The notes under the pieces are model-generated. The model was not told where the DNA came from and made no database searches. It saw only the letters and a program-made list of their open reading frames with translations. 64,000 nt of DNA from Lingula anatina. Lineage: Eukaryota; Animalia; Brachiopoda. Shown here in pieces: positions 14,592 to 28,500 of the stretch. The stretch lies in NCBI GenBank assembly GCA_051362555.1, contig CM120646.1, positions 18,662,001 to 18,726,000 of the forward strand, written 5' to 3'. Each line of letters begins with the position of its first letter. Positions within the stretch are counted from its first letter, which is position 1. Position numbers and translations under genes: made by a program.

Positions 14592-16457
14592 ATTGTACAA
14601 AACTTCTGGATACAAGAATTTTTAAATAATTAAAATTAACTTGATGCATTATATAGCTTGCAAAAGTTAATCATTTCCAAAGGTGTGGACGGAAAATAAA
14701 CAAAAAAAAAAAAAAACATGATTATGAAATCTAGCCTAATACAGTATTTAAAAAACGAGAAGAACACGTTAAAGAGTATCTTGCATCAAAAATAAAATAA
14801 AAACAGAGTAAAAAAGATTAACCATGCAGATGACTGAGTATTAAAGCTCTACAACTACAAATCTCAGTTACAGGTCTTTCAAAACCTTCAAACAAACATT
14901 CAAAGGTAAGCTAACATGTATATAAATTATCCTTCTTGAAAAGTACTTATAAATTTAAACCAGTATGAGAAGAACAAACTTTTTATAATTTATAATGCTT
15001 TAGCAACTGAGTGGACTAAGCAAGTGTATGACATATCTATAGATACTGGTGAAGGGCTTACAGTGACTTCCTTCAGAATAACACCATATTATAAATGTAT
15101 AAATATAATTTCCACATATATATTTATATAATTGTACAAACATCAAAAGCAAAAGTTATATGAGCACTTACCTAAGAGTATTAAAAATCTATAAAATGAA
15201 GGGTATCTATTCAGTAAAAAATATGTTACCACACTTAATAATAGTTCATAATAGTCATATTAGATGAAAAACAAATATTCAGATCTTTTCCGGAAGGAAC
15301 TCCTACAACTAACCTGTAAAATCTTTTTAAATAAATAAACAAAAAATAAAGAAAAAACATAAAAAATATGACAATGCAGTTTTGTCTGAAATATTGTGCT
15401 TATGAAAGAAGATATTAAAACAGATGTAGGTTGTCAAATGTATGAATTCACCCAAAGGCTAAAAAAGGGTGAATTGAATTTCCCCATGTCAATGTAATAT
15501 ATTCGTGAGTGAAAAATAAAAATAAAGATTTACTTTGATATTTGGAACCCTGCACTACAGTTGTGTGTGTAACCGATAGCCAGCATTGCTCCTTGATGTT
15601 TGTCTTCAGCCCTTTTGACATAAAATGGTACACGTAAGTGACACAATCTGTGTCACTTCGACATTAGGTCATAATATGTAATCATGCTACACGGGGTCTT
15701 ACTCTATTTCACAAGTTTTCCACAAGTTTGCTTCCTGCTGTTAAGTTATTTAATCAACCATATCATGTAACTCAATCATGTAATAGCCAAGCTCTTTAGT
15801 TTCCAGTCATTCAAATATGATACAGACTGTATACAGTATATATATTCCACTCAATGTGAAATGTGCCTTGGTGGATAAGAAAAACTGGGTGTAATTGTGT
15901 TAGATGTGACGGCACATTGTGTAACATCCACTGTTGACTGTGAATGAGGAGCTGGTCCCTGAGCTGGTGCATCACAATACCTTGTTCAAGAGGAATGCTA
16001 ACTGTTATATGTGAGAATAAGAATGTATGGACATACAAGATGTGATAGCTAAGAGAACAGAACAAAGTTCAATGTAATGTTAAAATCTATACCGATGCCT
16101 TACATCATGATTGTTTTTCAGCTGTAAAATATAGGGCTTTAGATTTGTTTCCTGCCATAAAGAATGAGATTTTGATTAAAAGAAAAAAAAAACTGTTGAT
16201 AAAAACCCTGTACAACAGAGTTTAGGCAGACCTAACTCCCTCTCATTTTCCTCAGCATGCAAAAAGTAAGCAGCTCTCTACTCCCACCATCTCCTAAATA
16301 AACTTAAACATTCAATGTGTCCATTCTTGAGTGAACATTTTGGATGGACATGTCACACCACAGCATCACTGTGTTTAATAGTGTAACATTTCTTTCTGTA
16401 CATTTCAGATCATGACTATGACATCAAGATTTAAAGAATAACAGCATAACTTGACTA

Positions 16458-19400
16458 TTAAAACAAAACTGCATCGTGACGTTTTATATCCTCCTCTTCA
16501 TCTTCCTCCTCTTCTTCCTCAATCAATTCCTCATCCTCACTCTCCAACGTTGTGTCTCCCTCATGTTCAAATTCCAGGTTGCTTCCTTTGTGAACAACAT
16601 CTGGGTCAAAGATGTCATCATCATCATCATTATCATCTGCAGCTTCCTTCTCCTTTGTGGTCGCAACTTTTTCATACTCTTCTGGCGCTAGAAATATGTT
16701 GGAATCCAATGGAGGAAAAGCATAGTTCTTTTTGGGAAAACGCGACCCCAAAGAACGACTGACATATTGGCTAAATTTAACTGGAGGGAGTGTAGCCTCA
16801 GTTTTATCTGGTTGACTGTCCTTGGACTCCTCGATTAAAAGAGTTTTGTCATTGCTGTGCTTGTCTGGGAGAGCGCTGTCATCTTTTGAGATGGAGATTC
16901 TGTGTTTGGGTTTGGAATGTACTAACTTTCCCAGGGCCTCCTTGGAGGGGGTACTGAATTGTGAAGACCTAATACAAAAGAATGAAGCAAATAAGAAAAG
17001 TTGTGTGAAGTTTTTAAACATACCTGACTCTTAGTTTATTGAGATTATTATATGTCCAGTTCAGGGGCAGACGGAAGTCGCCTTCTGGGTCTTTAGGAAG
17101 ATGGTCAGGATTATTTAAGTTTACACTGATGGGCATACAATTTTTTTGTCAGAAGACAGTCAAAAATCGAATATGTATCAACAATGATAATTTGGAATAC
17201 TGTCAGAAAATATCTCTGGATCTGCCCCTGCAATTGAGATAAAATATATTAAATTTTTAATCATCACCTGGGCTTAAAATGATTATGGTAGCCCTTAGCT
17301 GAGTATTATCTTTCATATTTGGTAGATTAAAACCAATTCACTTACATGTCTCTACTCCTTAAGCTGCCTTCTGGGCTGTAAAGTTTACTGTTTTTGTTCA
17401 CCACAGCGTACAGACTTGTGTCAGGCTCATCTTGGCCACTACATCTAGAACTTCTCTCAGAGCGAGGCGAGACCTCTGCATACTCATGGGAACTCAAACT
17501 GTCACCTGGAATATATGGCATGCAAATAATTCATTTACTAAAAATTAGCGTGGTTGCCAAACAATTATCATTTCTCTGCACATATTCCTTTGTAAAATTT
17601 ATCATAATTTTTATCATCTGACTGTTGGTGTTTAATAAAATATTAAAATAAGAAAACACACCATTTATAATGTAAAGTGAATCTTCATGGAAATTTTAAA
17701 TTTTTTTCATTAATCACCAGGCATATCCTATGTACAAATAATTTTATTTTCCAATCATTACCTGTCCTGTCTAAACTTCGTAGCACTCCATTTTGTTTCT
17801 TCTTGGTTTGTGCTGGCTCCAGGTAGTTGACAGAGTTTTTAGTGGTCTAAAATACAAGCAGTTTTTGCTGGTCTATATCATATTTATAAACATAAGAAGA
17901 TTAAGGATCATGCTGGAATCATTTCAGCTGACTCATATTAATGCCAATATAAAAAGGAGCTATAACATCAGATTATAAATCAAGTCAAAAACTAATTCAA
18001 ACCAATCTTTAATCATATTAAAATAATAAAACACACACACATCTTAAGCGAAAGTTCTAACATGTTTTCATAAGTATCAAGACTGCAGGACATGTGACTC
18101 GAAAAGCTTCAGTATGATTGGTGGGGTTGGGGGTTCGTTGAGATATCACCAGAACATTGGATGTTTGAGATGTATGATTCCTAGAAATTAACATTTGTCA
18201 TCTTGACACAATGGATGCAGAATAGATTTTAACAAAGATCTGCAGACAAAATGACGAAGGCAACTGAAGCCAAACACAACAAAAAGTTAATTTGGACAAT
18301 TTTTTTTAAACTGAAAAATCATTTATAAACTAAACCATTACCTCTTCTATATATGCATAATCCTTTGTTGCATTAAGATGAAAGCGATTAAAATATCAAT
18401 AATTAATTGTAAGTACACAAAGAGCTTACTTTTGTGATGGACAATGAGAAATATGAGATACAGGGTGCATGAATAGTTTTAACAAAACATTAAAAAATAT
18501 TTTTAAAATAGTGACATTTAAAGTCAGTAAGAATACGCACTAAATCAATATTTTCATTCTTCAAGTTTAAACTTTGAATCTTAATTGTTGCAGACAAACA
18601 TAAACTGGATACAGTCTAACTGATGTCACTTCAAATCTGCAGTTACTTAGCAACATTTTTTTGCTCAAGTTATTTGTTTTTGAACAAAGATGCGCAAATA
18701 TATAACTTTTAAGTTGTTCTATTATATGGTGTCTGGTTAGTTTCAGAATATTACATTGTATCTAAATGGCACAAGAGTACTTACATCCAGTTCTATCTCT
18801 GTGTGTTCTCCTAATGGTTCCTCCTCCACTACAGGGTTGTAATAGCCAGTGGTGCTGCAAACAATGCATATTGTGTTAGGTGAGACTTGAAAGCAATCGA
18901 TGAGAGATTGTGGTAAGTGTTAAAGGCCAAGCAATTACTTAAATATGTCATATATTTGGTATCTGCTGATAGGAAAAAAAGGAACAAAAAGCTGTTTTCT
19001 TCATAATAGCATTCTAAATTTTACACAAATTCAAGAATTTCCAACCGGCAAACAGCAGTAAAAACTTTGACCTCAATATATCACTCACTCAAAAACAACA
19101 CTAAGATAAAAATCACAGACACATACCACTCAACCCCAGATTGAACGAACTCCACAGCACTGAACATAATTTGAAATCAAACTTTGTCAATCAATGTAAT
19201 ATATAACACAAATGAAAATATGCAAATCATTCTTTCAAAAAATGTACCAAGTCAACTTAGGGGAAAATTATAACAAGGGCAGAGCAAACAGAAACTGTTA
19301 CCATAAAAAAAAAACAATACAGAAATCATTCTCATTCTCATTCAAATGCATGTCTCTTTTATGGTGAAAAAATCTGGTCAACTTTATGTGTAAATTAAGT

Positions 19401-22400
19401 CTGCTTTTGTCCAGTTCAAAAAGTCTTGCGTAGTTGACATTCTTTGAAACAAGTTGTCAAACTCAATCCTCAACAAATTTTGGTTGAACATCATAAAACC
19501 AGATATTCACAATCATGAAACAAACAATCTCAGGATCAAACTGGAGAGTGTTGATTTATTTTCACCACACCCTGTACCTCATCATCTCCTCTGCCAGAGA
19601 GAACAGTGGAGACTGGGGCAAGGAATACCCTGGGTCCAGCGGGTCCTGCAGGGGTTCATACTCATCACTATTTGTACAAGCAGCAAGAAAAAGTGATTGG
19701 TTATCTGACGTGTGAGTCATGTGTAAATTTTTTGCCATTGAGTGCATGCTAGTGTGTGTGTGTATGTGTTTCTCTCTATTAAAAGAGTGTAAGTTCTCTT
19801 ATCTGTGGTATCAGTCATATTCTAAAAGAGAAAAAGCTCATTACAACAAGAATGTCACTGAGGAAATTTTTAATATTTCATATTAAGTCAGATTGTATGT
19901 TTCATTGCTTGACTTGACTCTCTCTCTCTCTCTCTCTCCCCCTCTCTCTTTCTTTCTCCTCACCTCTTATACACAATATCAGACCTCTGTGGCTTCACAC
20001 TGATGCCCTGTACTGATGTGTTCCTGCCCACTGTGTAGGCCGTGTCTGTGGACACATCGTGGGCGTGGTCTCCTTGGAAGTCATAGAAACCACGAATACC
20101 TGAGGTGCGGCTGTTCACTGTGTTGAAAACTGTGTCATCAAACTCGAGATTACTGAAATTGAAGATCAAAATTATCACATTTCTGTTTCCTTATTTTATG
20201 TCATTTGCTTACAGATATTATACATATATATCACTTTATTTTTAACCAACTGCTAGGCCCATTAAAAATCTATAGGCCCTGCATGGCAATACATCCCAAA
20301 CCTCACCTCGTGTCATGATCCACATAAGGATTCATCTTCACATCTGACTTTTTAGTCTCCAGAGATTTCTCTTTCTGCCTCAGCCTCCTCTGCTGTGAAC
20401 AGATCAGTATGAGGAGCAGCACCAGGAGCAGACCCCCCAGACAGCCCCCTATGATGCCTATGATGGTACCAGTGGTGAGAAGCTGCTGATCTTTATATCC
20501 CACCTGACTGAACAGAGCTGGAAGGAAGTGATCACATGTTATTAAGACAGCAATAACAACAGTAAGACAATAAAAACTTGTGCTGTGTTTCACACAAAGA
20601 CAGAAATTCTTCCTAAAATGAACCATGATGGAGTCCAATAGTTTAGGCACTATCATAAACAAGTCTGATGTTAACATTGGTCTCAACCCAAATTCCAGTT
20701 AAACAGAAAGTTTCATACTCTATTACACATACCAGAATAGATATATATTCTCAGAAATGAAACCCGATAAATGTCCACATACCTGGTCCTGTCTCAACTA
20801 CAGTCACTTCAGAATAGGGCCCTACTCCTGCATTATTATACATAGCTGCCCTGACCTGGTATACTGTGCCTGCCTGGAGCCCTGTTACAGCATAGTTACC
20901 GTTCGTAGTTTGGTTTAATCTGATGGTGGTAAATGCAGACTTGTATACCTCAGCGTAGGCAATAACAACTTTGTCATGGCTGCCATTTTGTGAGAGCTTC
21001 CAGTGGACCACTATGGCGTCTGGTCCTCTAGGTGTCGCCTCTGTGATTTCTGGTGTGAGAGTGGGGACTGAAATATGGGAAATATACAAGTGAAATGATA
21101 GTGAGTTTTCCACTAAAACAGACAAGTATAATCTCTATCTGATAGCATATGATAAAAACAATACATCAGGCGTTTCACTTAAAATTTGATGAGATATATG
21201 TTGAATTTAATACTTTGTTTCATAAAACTTTTTAAAATATATATTTATTTCCAAAATCGTAAAATATGAAATAACATAAAAAAAACATCAATATGTTTAG
21301 TCAATGACACCTTATCTCATATTCATCTTACCCAACTCCTTGAGAGTCACTGTCTTGGTCACATACTCCCCCCAGCCCCCCTCAGCCAGTCTAGTATTAC
21401 CAGCTCTCAGCCTGACCTCGAATGTACTCTCATAGTCTAAGTTTTCAATCACCAGGCGCAGTGGCTCTGCTTGGTTGGTCTCATATGCCTTAGAGGTACT
21501 GGTGTTTAGGTTGGTATAGGTGAGCTGGTACGCAATATTTTCTGAAAAAAAAAAAGAGTCCCAAGGTTTGCTTGAACTTTTTGTTCCATCACTTTGGTTA
21601 AAATATCTAATGCATGTTCTGTTGAGGTTTATGATAGACAGTTACAATTTAGCATTGTTATTTATCTATTTATTCATGTATTTATTCTTCTATTTGGAAA
21701 AGGGACAAGACAAATACATATATATGGAAAGCTACAGCACATCTACAGGTAAGAAAAACAACAGGTATTGGGTCAGACCTACCTGCATAACCATTCAAGA
21801 CAACAGGTCTGGACCAGCTGATAATGATGGAGTTCTGTTTGGTTTCTACGGTAACATCAGATGGGAGACCTGGAGCTGTGGAAAGAGATGTTCTGGGTTT
21901 AGTGTCGAGGTATTAAGGGGTTCTTAATGTGCAGTACTCTCTTAAACAATTTTCAATTACTCATAAATAGTTTTAAAAGCATAATTCCACATGATATTAG
22001 CATGTTGTTCTATATGTGCAAGTTTAAGAAGAATATGAAATTGTTCTTAATTAAAAAATGGTCACTGTACAAAATCCAAAGGGCCAGTAGATTCTGTACA
22101 TGGGTAACATGAAAGACATAATACAAAATGAATTCATGATAAAGCGTTTTAAAAAAGAAGCTTATATTAATCAACTCTTACCACCATCTAAAGTGCTGAC
22201 AATAGCAGATGCCTCACTAGGGCTGCCATAGCCCAGGATATTTCTACTTCTCACCCTGAACTCAAAACTAGCGAACGGGGCCATTCCTGTCACCGTGTAC
22301 GGCAACTCTGTAGTCCCCACTCTACCATCCACATCTGTCCACTCTGTGGTCAGCACTGGCTGGACCTGCCGGAACTGGACTTGATACCCGGTGAGGGGCA

Positions 22401-24248
22401 GTTGGCCTGAGTGGTCAGCTATCCAGGATAACTGGACAGTGGAGGAGGTGACCACCAGAGCATAAGGGGCAGTGGGGGGTCCTGGCACTGAAATGAGTAG
22501 AACTTGATATTCTTAATATTTTTCTCACAAACAGAAACACCTTTCACCCTCATAGTTATGGGCATGACCTGATCAGCATTAAGTGTTTAGCACACATAAC
22601 ATGGACACGAATGTAGTTTCCAACAAAAATAGTTTTCCATGTTTTTTGTCATTATACATAAACAGTTTGTTTAAACTCAATTTCAACTTAACTTCTGGCT
22701 TGCAATGTTACATTCATCACCTTTTTTTTTAATTGTCTGTTTTTCAAACAAGTACATCTTAACTCACCAGTAAGAACTACATTTACAGTGCCGCGTCCAT
22801 TGTAAGCTCTACAGGTGTAACTGGAAAACACATGCTGCTTTTCTACTACCAGCCTACTGCTGCCATCTACAGTAGAAACTGTATGCCCCACAAGAGGGGA
22901 TACTGGGAAGATCTGTACTTGCTGTATGAAGTACTGGACTTGTGGAGCTGGGGTGCCCACTGTGATACATGAGAGGGATATACTGCTATTGGTCTCAGTG
23001 GCAGTGACACCTCTAATTGCTGGTGGCCCTGAAATATGTGTATGTATAACCAAGAGTGTAGTATATATATGGATTTTAGGGTAATACATTTATTGCAGTA
23101 ACATATGTAATACTGATCACCTATGTTCAAAAGTTTACATCAAAGTTTTGTTAATACAAACACCAAGAAAGAAATAGACTTTGTACACTTCAGAAGACAA
23201 AGATAAAGAAAATCAAGTATGTATTTAATCTTAATTTGGTAAGACCGACAAAATAATAACACAAAGAAAGTCTCCCTACTAAGCCACAAAATAATTACCT
23301 TCAACATTGAGCTGTGTCATGCCTTCCACACACCCCAGAAGATTACAGGCCCGGCACGTCCATGTGCCCCAGTGCAGGGAGACATTAGATGATACAATGT
23401 GGAGACTTGATGAATTCAATTGGTAGTCTGGAATTTGGATAGAGTAAAAAACATATCTGCATTATCATATGTTGCTTTATTATTACCAATATATACCATT
23501 TTTGTTTAAAAAAAATTGACCTTGACCTGAACTTTGACCTTATATCCTACCCAGAGTTCCTTGCATGTCTGCTGGGTACCAGTAATAACTGACAATTCAT
23601 TACTTTTTTCAGAGTATTTAACTTACTCCATTTTAACTTAAAATTTATTGAATGATGAAGGATACTTTAAGTCTCCCAACATGCCTTGCTAGTTGCTGGT
23701 GAAAAAAATAGATACAGTACAGGTAAGGATCTCTTACCGAAACCACTTCTGCTGATCACACTGCCACCTGGTGATTTCCATATTAAAGATGGCTTCCCAG
23801 TAAAGAAACACTGCATGGTCACTGGTTGGCCACTTGGTACAGTAAGACTGGAACTGCTTGCCAATAAACGTGGCGGTACTGAATTAATAAAGCAAAAATA
23901 GTAACTGTAACATATCCCATAAAATTTAGAAAAAGAAACATTTGATAATTGGTTTAAGCAGTAATTTTATTACAGAAACTACTTCTGCATGACAGTGATA
24001 CAACAAAGTTTAACATTTGCCAGTCGTTTTCTCATGGAACCCATAACAAGAAATATACTTTCATTCTTAGTGAATTTTATTGTAAATCAAATTAAATAAA
24101 AATTCAATCCAATCACATCAATATTATTTTATTTTGTAATGTCCTTATTTTCACTTCATAAATAGAGGCTCCTTCATGGTACTTACAAATCATTTTCTTA
24201 AATTATCAAAGAACTATGTGTTTGAAAATGCATTATTTGGCTTCATTA

Positions 24249-24283
<35 letters not shown>

Positions 24284-25454
24284 CAGAGTCCTACCATTGA
24301 TAGTGACATAAGCTAGTCCAGTGGTGTTCCCGACACTATTCCTGGCCACACAGGCATACCAACCTTCACTGCCTTCCTCTATGTTCTATGGAATGGGAGT
24401 TCAAAATATTCACACAGCACATGTCTGTTATACAAGTGTTATGCACAATTATTGCTGAATATACTACCACAGATATGATGACAATTAAAAAGCTTCCCTT
24501 CACAATGACAAAGACAAAACACAAAACAATGAAGCAATATTGACTCATTAATAAATCACATTCCTGCACCCTAAAATTTGGCCCACTCCCAAATTTCTTT
24601 TAAAAAATATTAGAAAATAAAAAAAAATAAAAAAATATGAAAATACCATGTATATGACTGATTCCATATGTTTTCGTGTATCAAAACCCAATCTCCATGT
24701 TCTTCAGAAACCTTAAGACTTCCCCTATACTGAATATACTCAGGGTCCCCATTCAGTCACCGTTATTCTACTAAACCACATGTTAACAATTTTTAAAAAC
24801 ATCAAGAACACCATAAATGAAAGACTTTGTTAGTCGTTCCTCATTAACTATATACCTCATGCAAATCTTGTGACTTTTCTTTATTAATAACTATTAGGAA
24901 AAACCATCACCTGTAGCCAAAGATTCCCAAGAGCATCCACATATATAGTTGACCCTTGACCTGACCCTTGACCTGACCCTTGACCTAGCATCCTACCCAG
25001 AGTTCCCTGTGCGTCTGCTGTGTACCAGCTGTATGTGGGTTGTTCCCTGGCTGTGGCAGAGCAGTACAGGGCGGCGGTATCTGTCACGTTGACTGTCACA
25101 TTGGACGGAGGAACAAGGAATTTTGGAACATCTGAAAAAAGTTATCATCAATAATTTTTCTTTAAAAAATATTGTTGTTATGTGGTTGGATTTTTTTGGA
25201 AATTAACCTTTTTTGAAGTAATATTGCTAGAGAACATAGTACTATGGTATTTTAATACAGAGAGAGTTATAATTATATTTGAAACCTGCTGAAAACGTGG
25301 AGGGCATGTTTGAATTTTTAAGCTACATGAAGGAGTGTGGTTTTAAAATAACCATCAATAAACTGACACAAAATTTGGCATGAAATATTAAATTTCTTTG
25401 AAAAACTAACAACCTTCCCTACAACACAACATAAATACACACACACAAAGAAAT

Positions 25455-25516
<62 letters not shown>

Positions 25517-28500
25517 AAAGGACAAAATATTACCTCTGGTAAAAATAACTCCTGAGTCTGAGACAGTGCTAACAGAACTTGTAGCTACACATGTGTATTC
25601 TCCTAGCTGGTCTACTCTTACACTTTGAATTACCAGTGTGTTGTTGGCAAAAAGTTGCATGTTACTATCTGAAAAACAAAACATCATGTCTTTGAACAAA
25701 ATGCAAATACAATTTATGATACACATCAGGCATAACTCTTACACAACTTTCAATCTTTGCACTAATTAATTATTTTGCAATTTAAAAAAAAATCATCTAT
25801 AAGAAATACAAAGTATTACAACAATGAAATCTTTGAAACTATTTAATGACAAATCTACTTTTCGTGACGTATATTAGTATTAGAATATGAACATTCTACC
25901 AAAGTCCTACCTAGCACCAGTGTCTGTCCATCTCTCTCCCACCTGACCAGTGGCTGGGGATCACCAGTGGTCACACAGTGGAAGGTGACCATTTGACCCA
26001 GGTCCACTATGTATTCTGCAGGGGTCACATTGACTGTAGGCAAAACTGGAAATGAAATTAAAAAGTCCATGTTATAACTGGCAGTCACCACTACTAACAC
26101 TTGACAAAATTTAAGCACAAAATATTTCCTGAAAAAAAAAACAAGTAAATGGACCTCTTTTTTGAGACAACTGAAACATTACAACAAATAACTGATGATA
26201 CTAAAAACAATACAAATTAACAAAGTCTGCTACCAAGTAAGTTAAAAGTACTGAGCCCTACACAAGACAATTCTCGAAGAGGAACACATGGGGCATGTAA
26301 AATGCATGGGAAGCACAACTAATTTTAAAAATCTAAAACGGTATGCTATTTCAAAGTTAAAGAGACTGACTTGTAATTTGGTTGTACTTAAACTAAAATT
26401 TTATTAGTAGATAGTTAATGCTGATATTCTAAAGGTGCAGCATGCATCTTCTTTTTAAAATTATCATAAGGAAATCAATACCACTCATCAATAATATCAA
26501 ATATATGTAATATAAATTTTCAATTAATTTAAACCAAGCAAAGTAAAATGCGAATTCAAACCTATATTATACATGAAGTAATGCTAGAAATTTGCTGCAT
26601 GAAAACAGGAGGACCCATTCACTGGAATTTTTTGTAAGTCAAAGTGTTGCATATGGTCCTTTCCAAGCTAAATAAATGTTTCATTCTTACCAGTGACAGC
26701 TAGTGGAGCAACCGCAGTTTGATTTCCTAAAGAATTTGAAGCCAAGCACCGATATATCCATGCCTCATTTCTCTTCACGCCCATAATTTTGAGACTTCCA
26801 TTCCTAAAGAGCTGGTACGAGCCTCCATCTTGGATCTGCTGGCTCTGACCTATCTTGTACCACGTGATGGAAGGCTGGGGTCTTCCCGTGGCCTGGCAGT
26901 TAAAAATGGCGTCTGCTCCTTCGACAACATTCTGTTGACTAGGCATGATGGTAAATGTTGGTGGCGCTACAACATTAAGTTAGGCACTCTGCTTACTAAA
27001 GGTATCAGTTACATTGTTTCCATGTCTGCTTGAAAGAATTAGATTTAGGATGTGATAAAATTTGGTCAAAAGAAGTAATATGGCTTGGATTTACCAAAGA
27101 GACATATACAAGGCAAGTACACACTTTCAACAGTTAAACATTTCTTGGAATTAAAATGAATATAATTTAACATTTAAAGCAATTAGCTAGGGTTTGACTT
27201 ACAAAACAATAAGTCAATTACTGTTGCTTTTTAAGTGTCTGTCAAATTTGTGACAAAACTAACCAGCAAAAGTCCTTGTACTTAATGTAATATTATAATG
27301 GACATACTTACAGAGCACAGTGAGATCAGCACTGGTGCTGACAGTGCCAACTAAATTGCTGGCATAGCAGGTGAAAGTGCCATGGTGCACATCTGCTGCA
27401 GCCATGATGACCGCAGAGCCAGAGGAGTCCACACTGACACCAGAAATAAGTCCACTCTCAGCAGTCAGTATCTCTGAAGATGTTAATATATAGCTTTTGA
27501 AATAGACAAAATAATTTTTTGAATTCTTCAAGTGTTTTATATCAGTCTGAACATGGTCTTTATCTCAAATGTTTTATAGACTAAAAATATTCAAAACAAA
27601 GTAACAAATGTTCTTAACCAACTTAGAAGGATTCTAGTTAAATATTTTGAAAAATTTTTCTCTATTTGTAGTTCATTATTTACAATTCCCATTAGAAAGT
27701 TGCATGCTGTTAAATCTGCATAAATCTCGAATAAAACATTTCTTTTTTTCTTTCTCTCTTGGGAGTCATAGAATTGCTACAGTGGGTCAATAAGAACCTC
27801 CACTTGGCAGCCTCCATGTGATGGTGGGATCAGGTGTTCCTTGAGCTTTGCAAAAGAGAGTACTGCTCTCTCCTTGCCGGACATCAGTGTCCACAGGCAC
27901 TTGGGTAAAATATGGCTTCACTGTAATCAGAACATACCTCTTCAATTTTTTCCAAAATTTAATATTATTGTCTCATCTTTGTCATTTTTCAACCAAGTCA
28001 AGTTTAATTTAATATTACACACAGTGAATTATTGAAATTTATAGGCAGTTATCAAACATGGAGGGTCAACAAATTGTGCCTTTATGCTGGCTTTGTTTGT
28101 CACAAAGAACTCTTTTTTTAAAAAAACTCTTTTTTTAATGATTAGATAAATAAAAATTACAGACTGATTTCAATGATCAGTTTGAAGACAAAACCATTAC
28201 AGATAAAGCACTTATTTCCCAAACTAGTGATCTCTCACCTTGCACAGTCAAGGTGACCCTGTGGTCAACTGTTCCCTGTGAGTTTGAGGCCTGGCAAATG
28301 TACTGACCACTGTCCGAACTCTGGACATTAGTGATTTTAATGGTGCCATGGAAGATGTGTTGAGTTCTGTCTGCTGGGAAGCTACCCAGATGCTGGAAAC
28401 ATGGGATGTCAAGTTAATTAATTTAGGTCATAATTCTAAAACAATAACTTTTATAAAAAGAACATTTTTCATGGCATGAAAACTTGGGAATAATGAAGAA

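Noticed and set aside
17126-17228. Alternative upstream acceptor for an IgSF tail exon
   Set aside because: It gives an in-frame TGA in the required phase; the acceptor at 17125 keeps the frame open.
21520-22112. Plus-strand ORFs opposite the IgSF gene
   Set aside because: They are antisense or intronic, with no domain signal.
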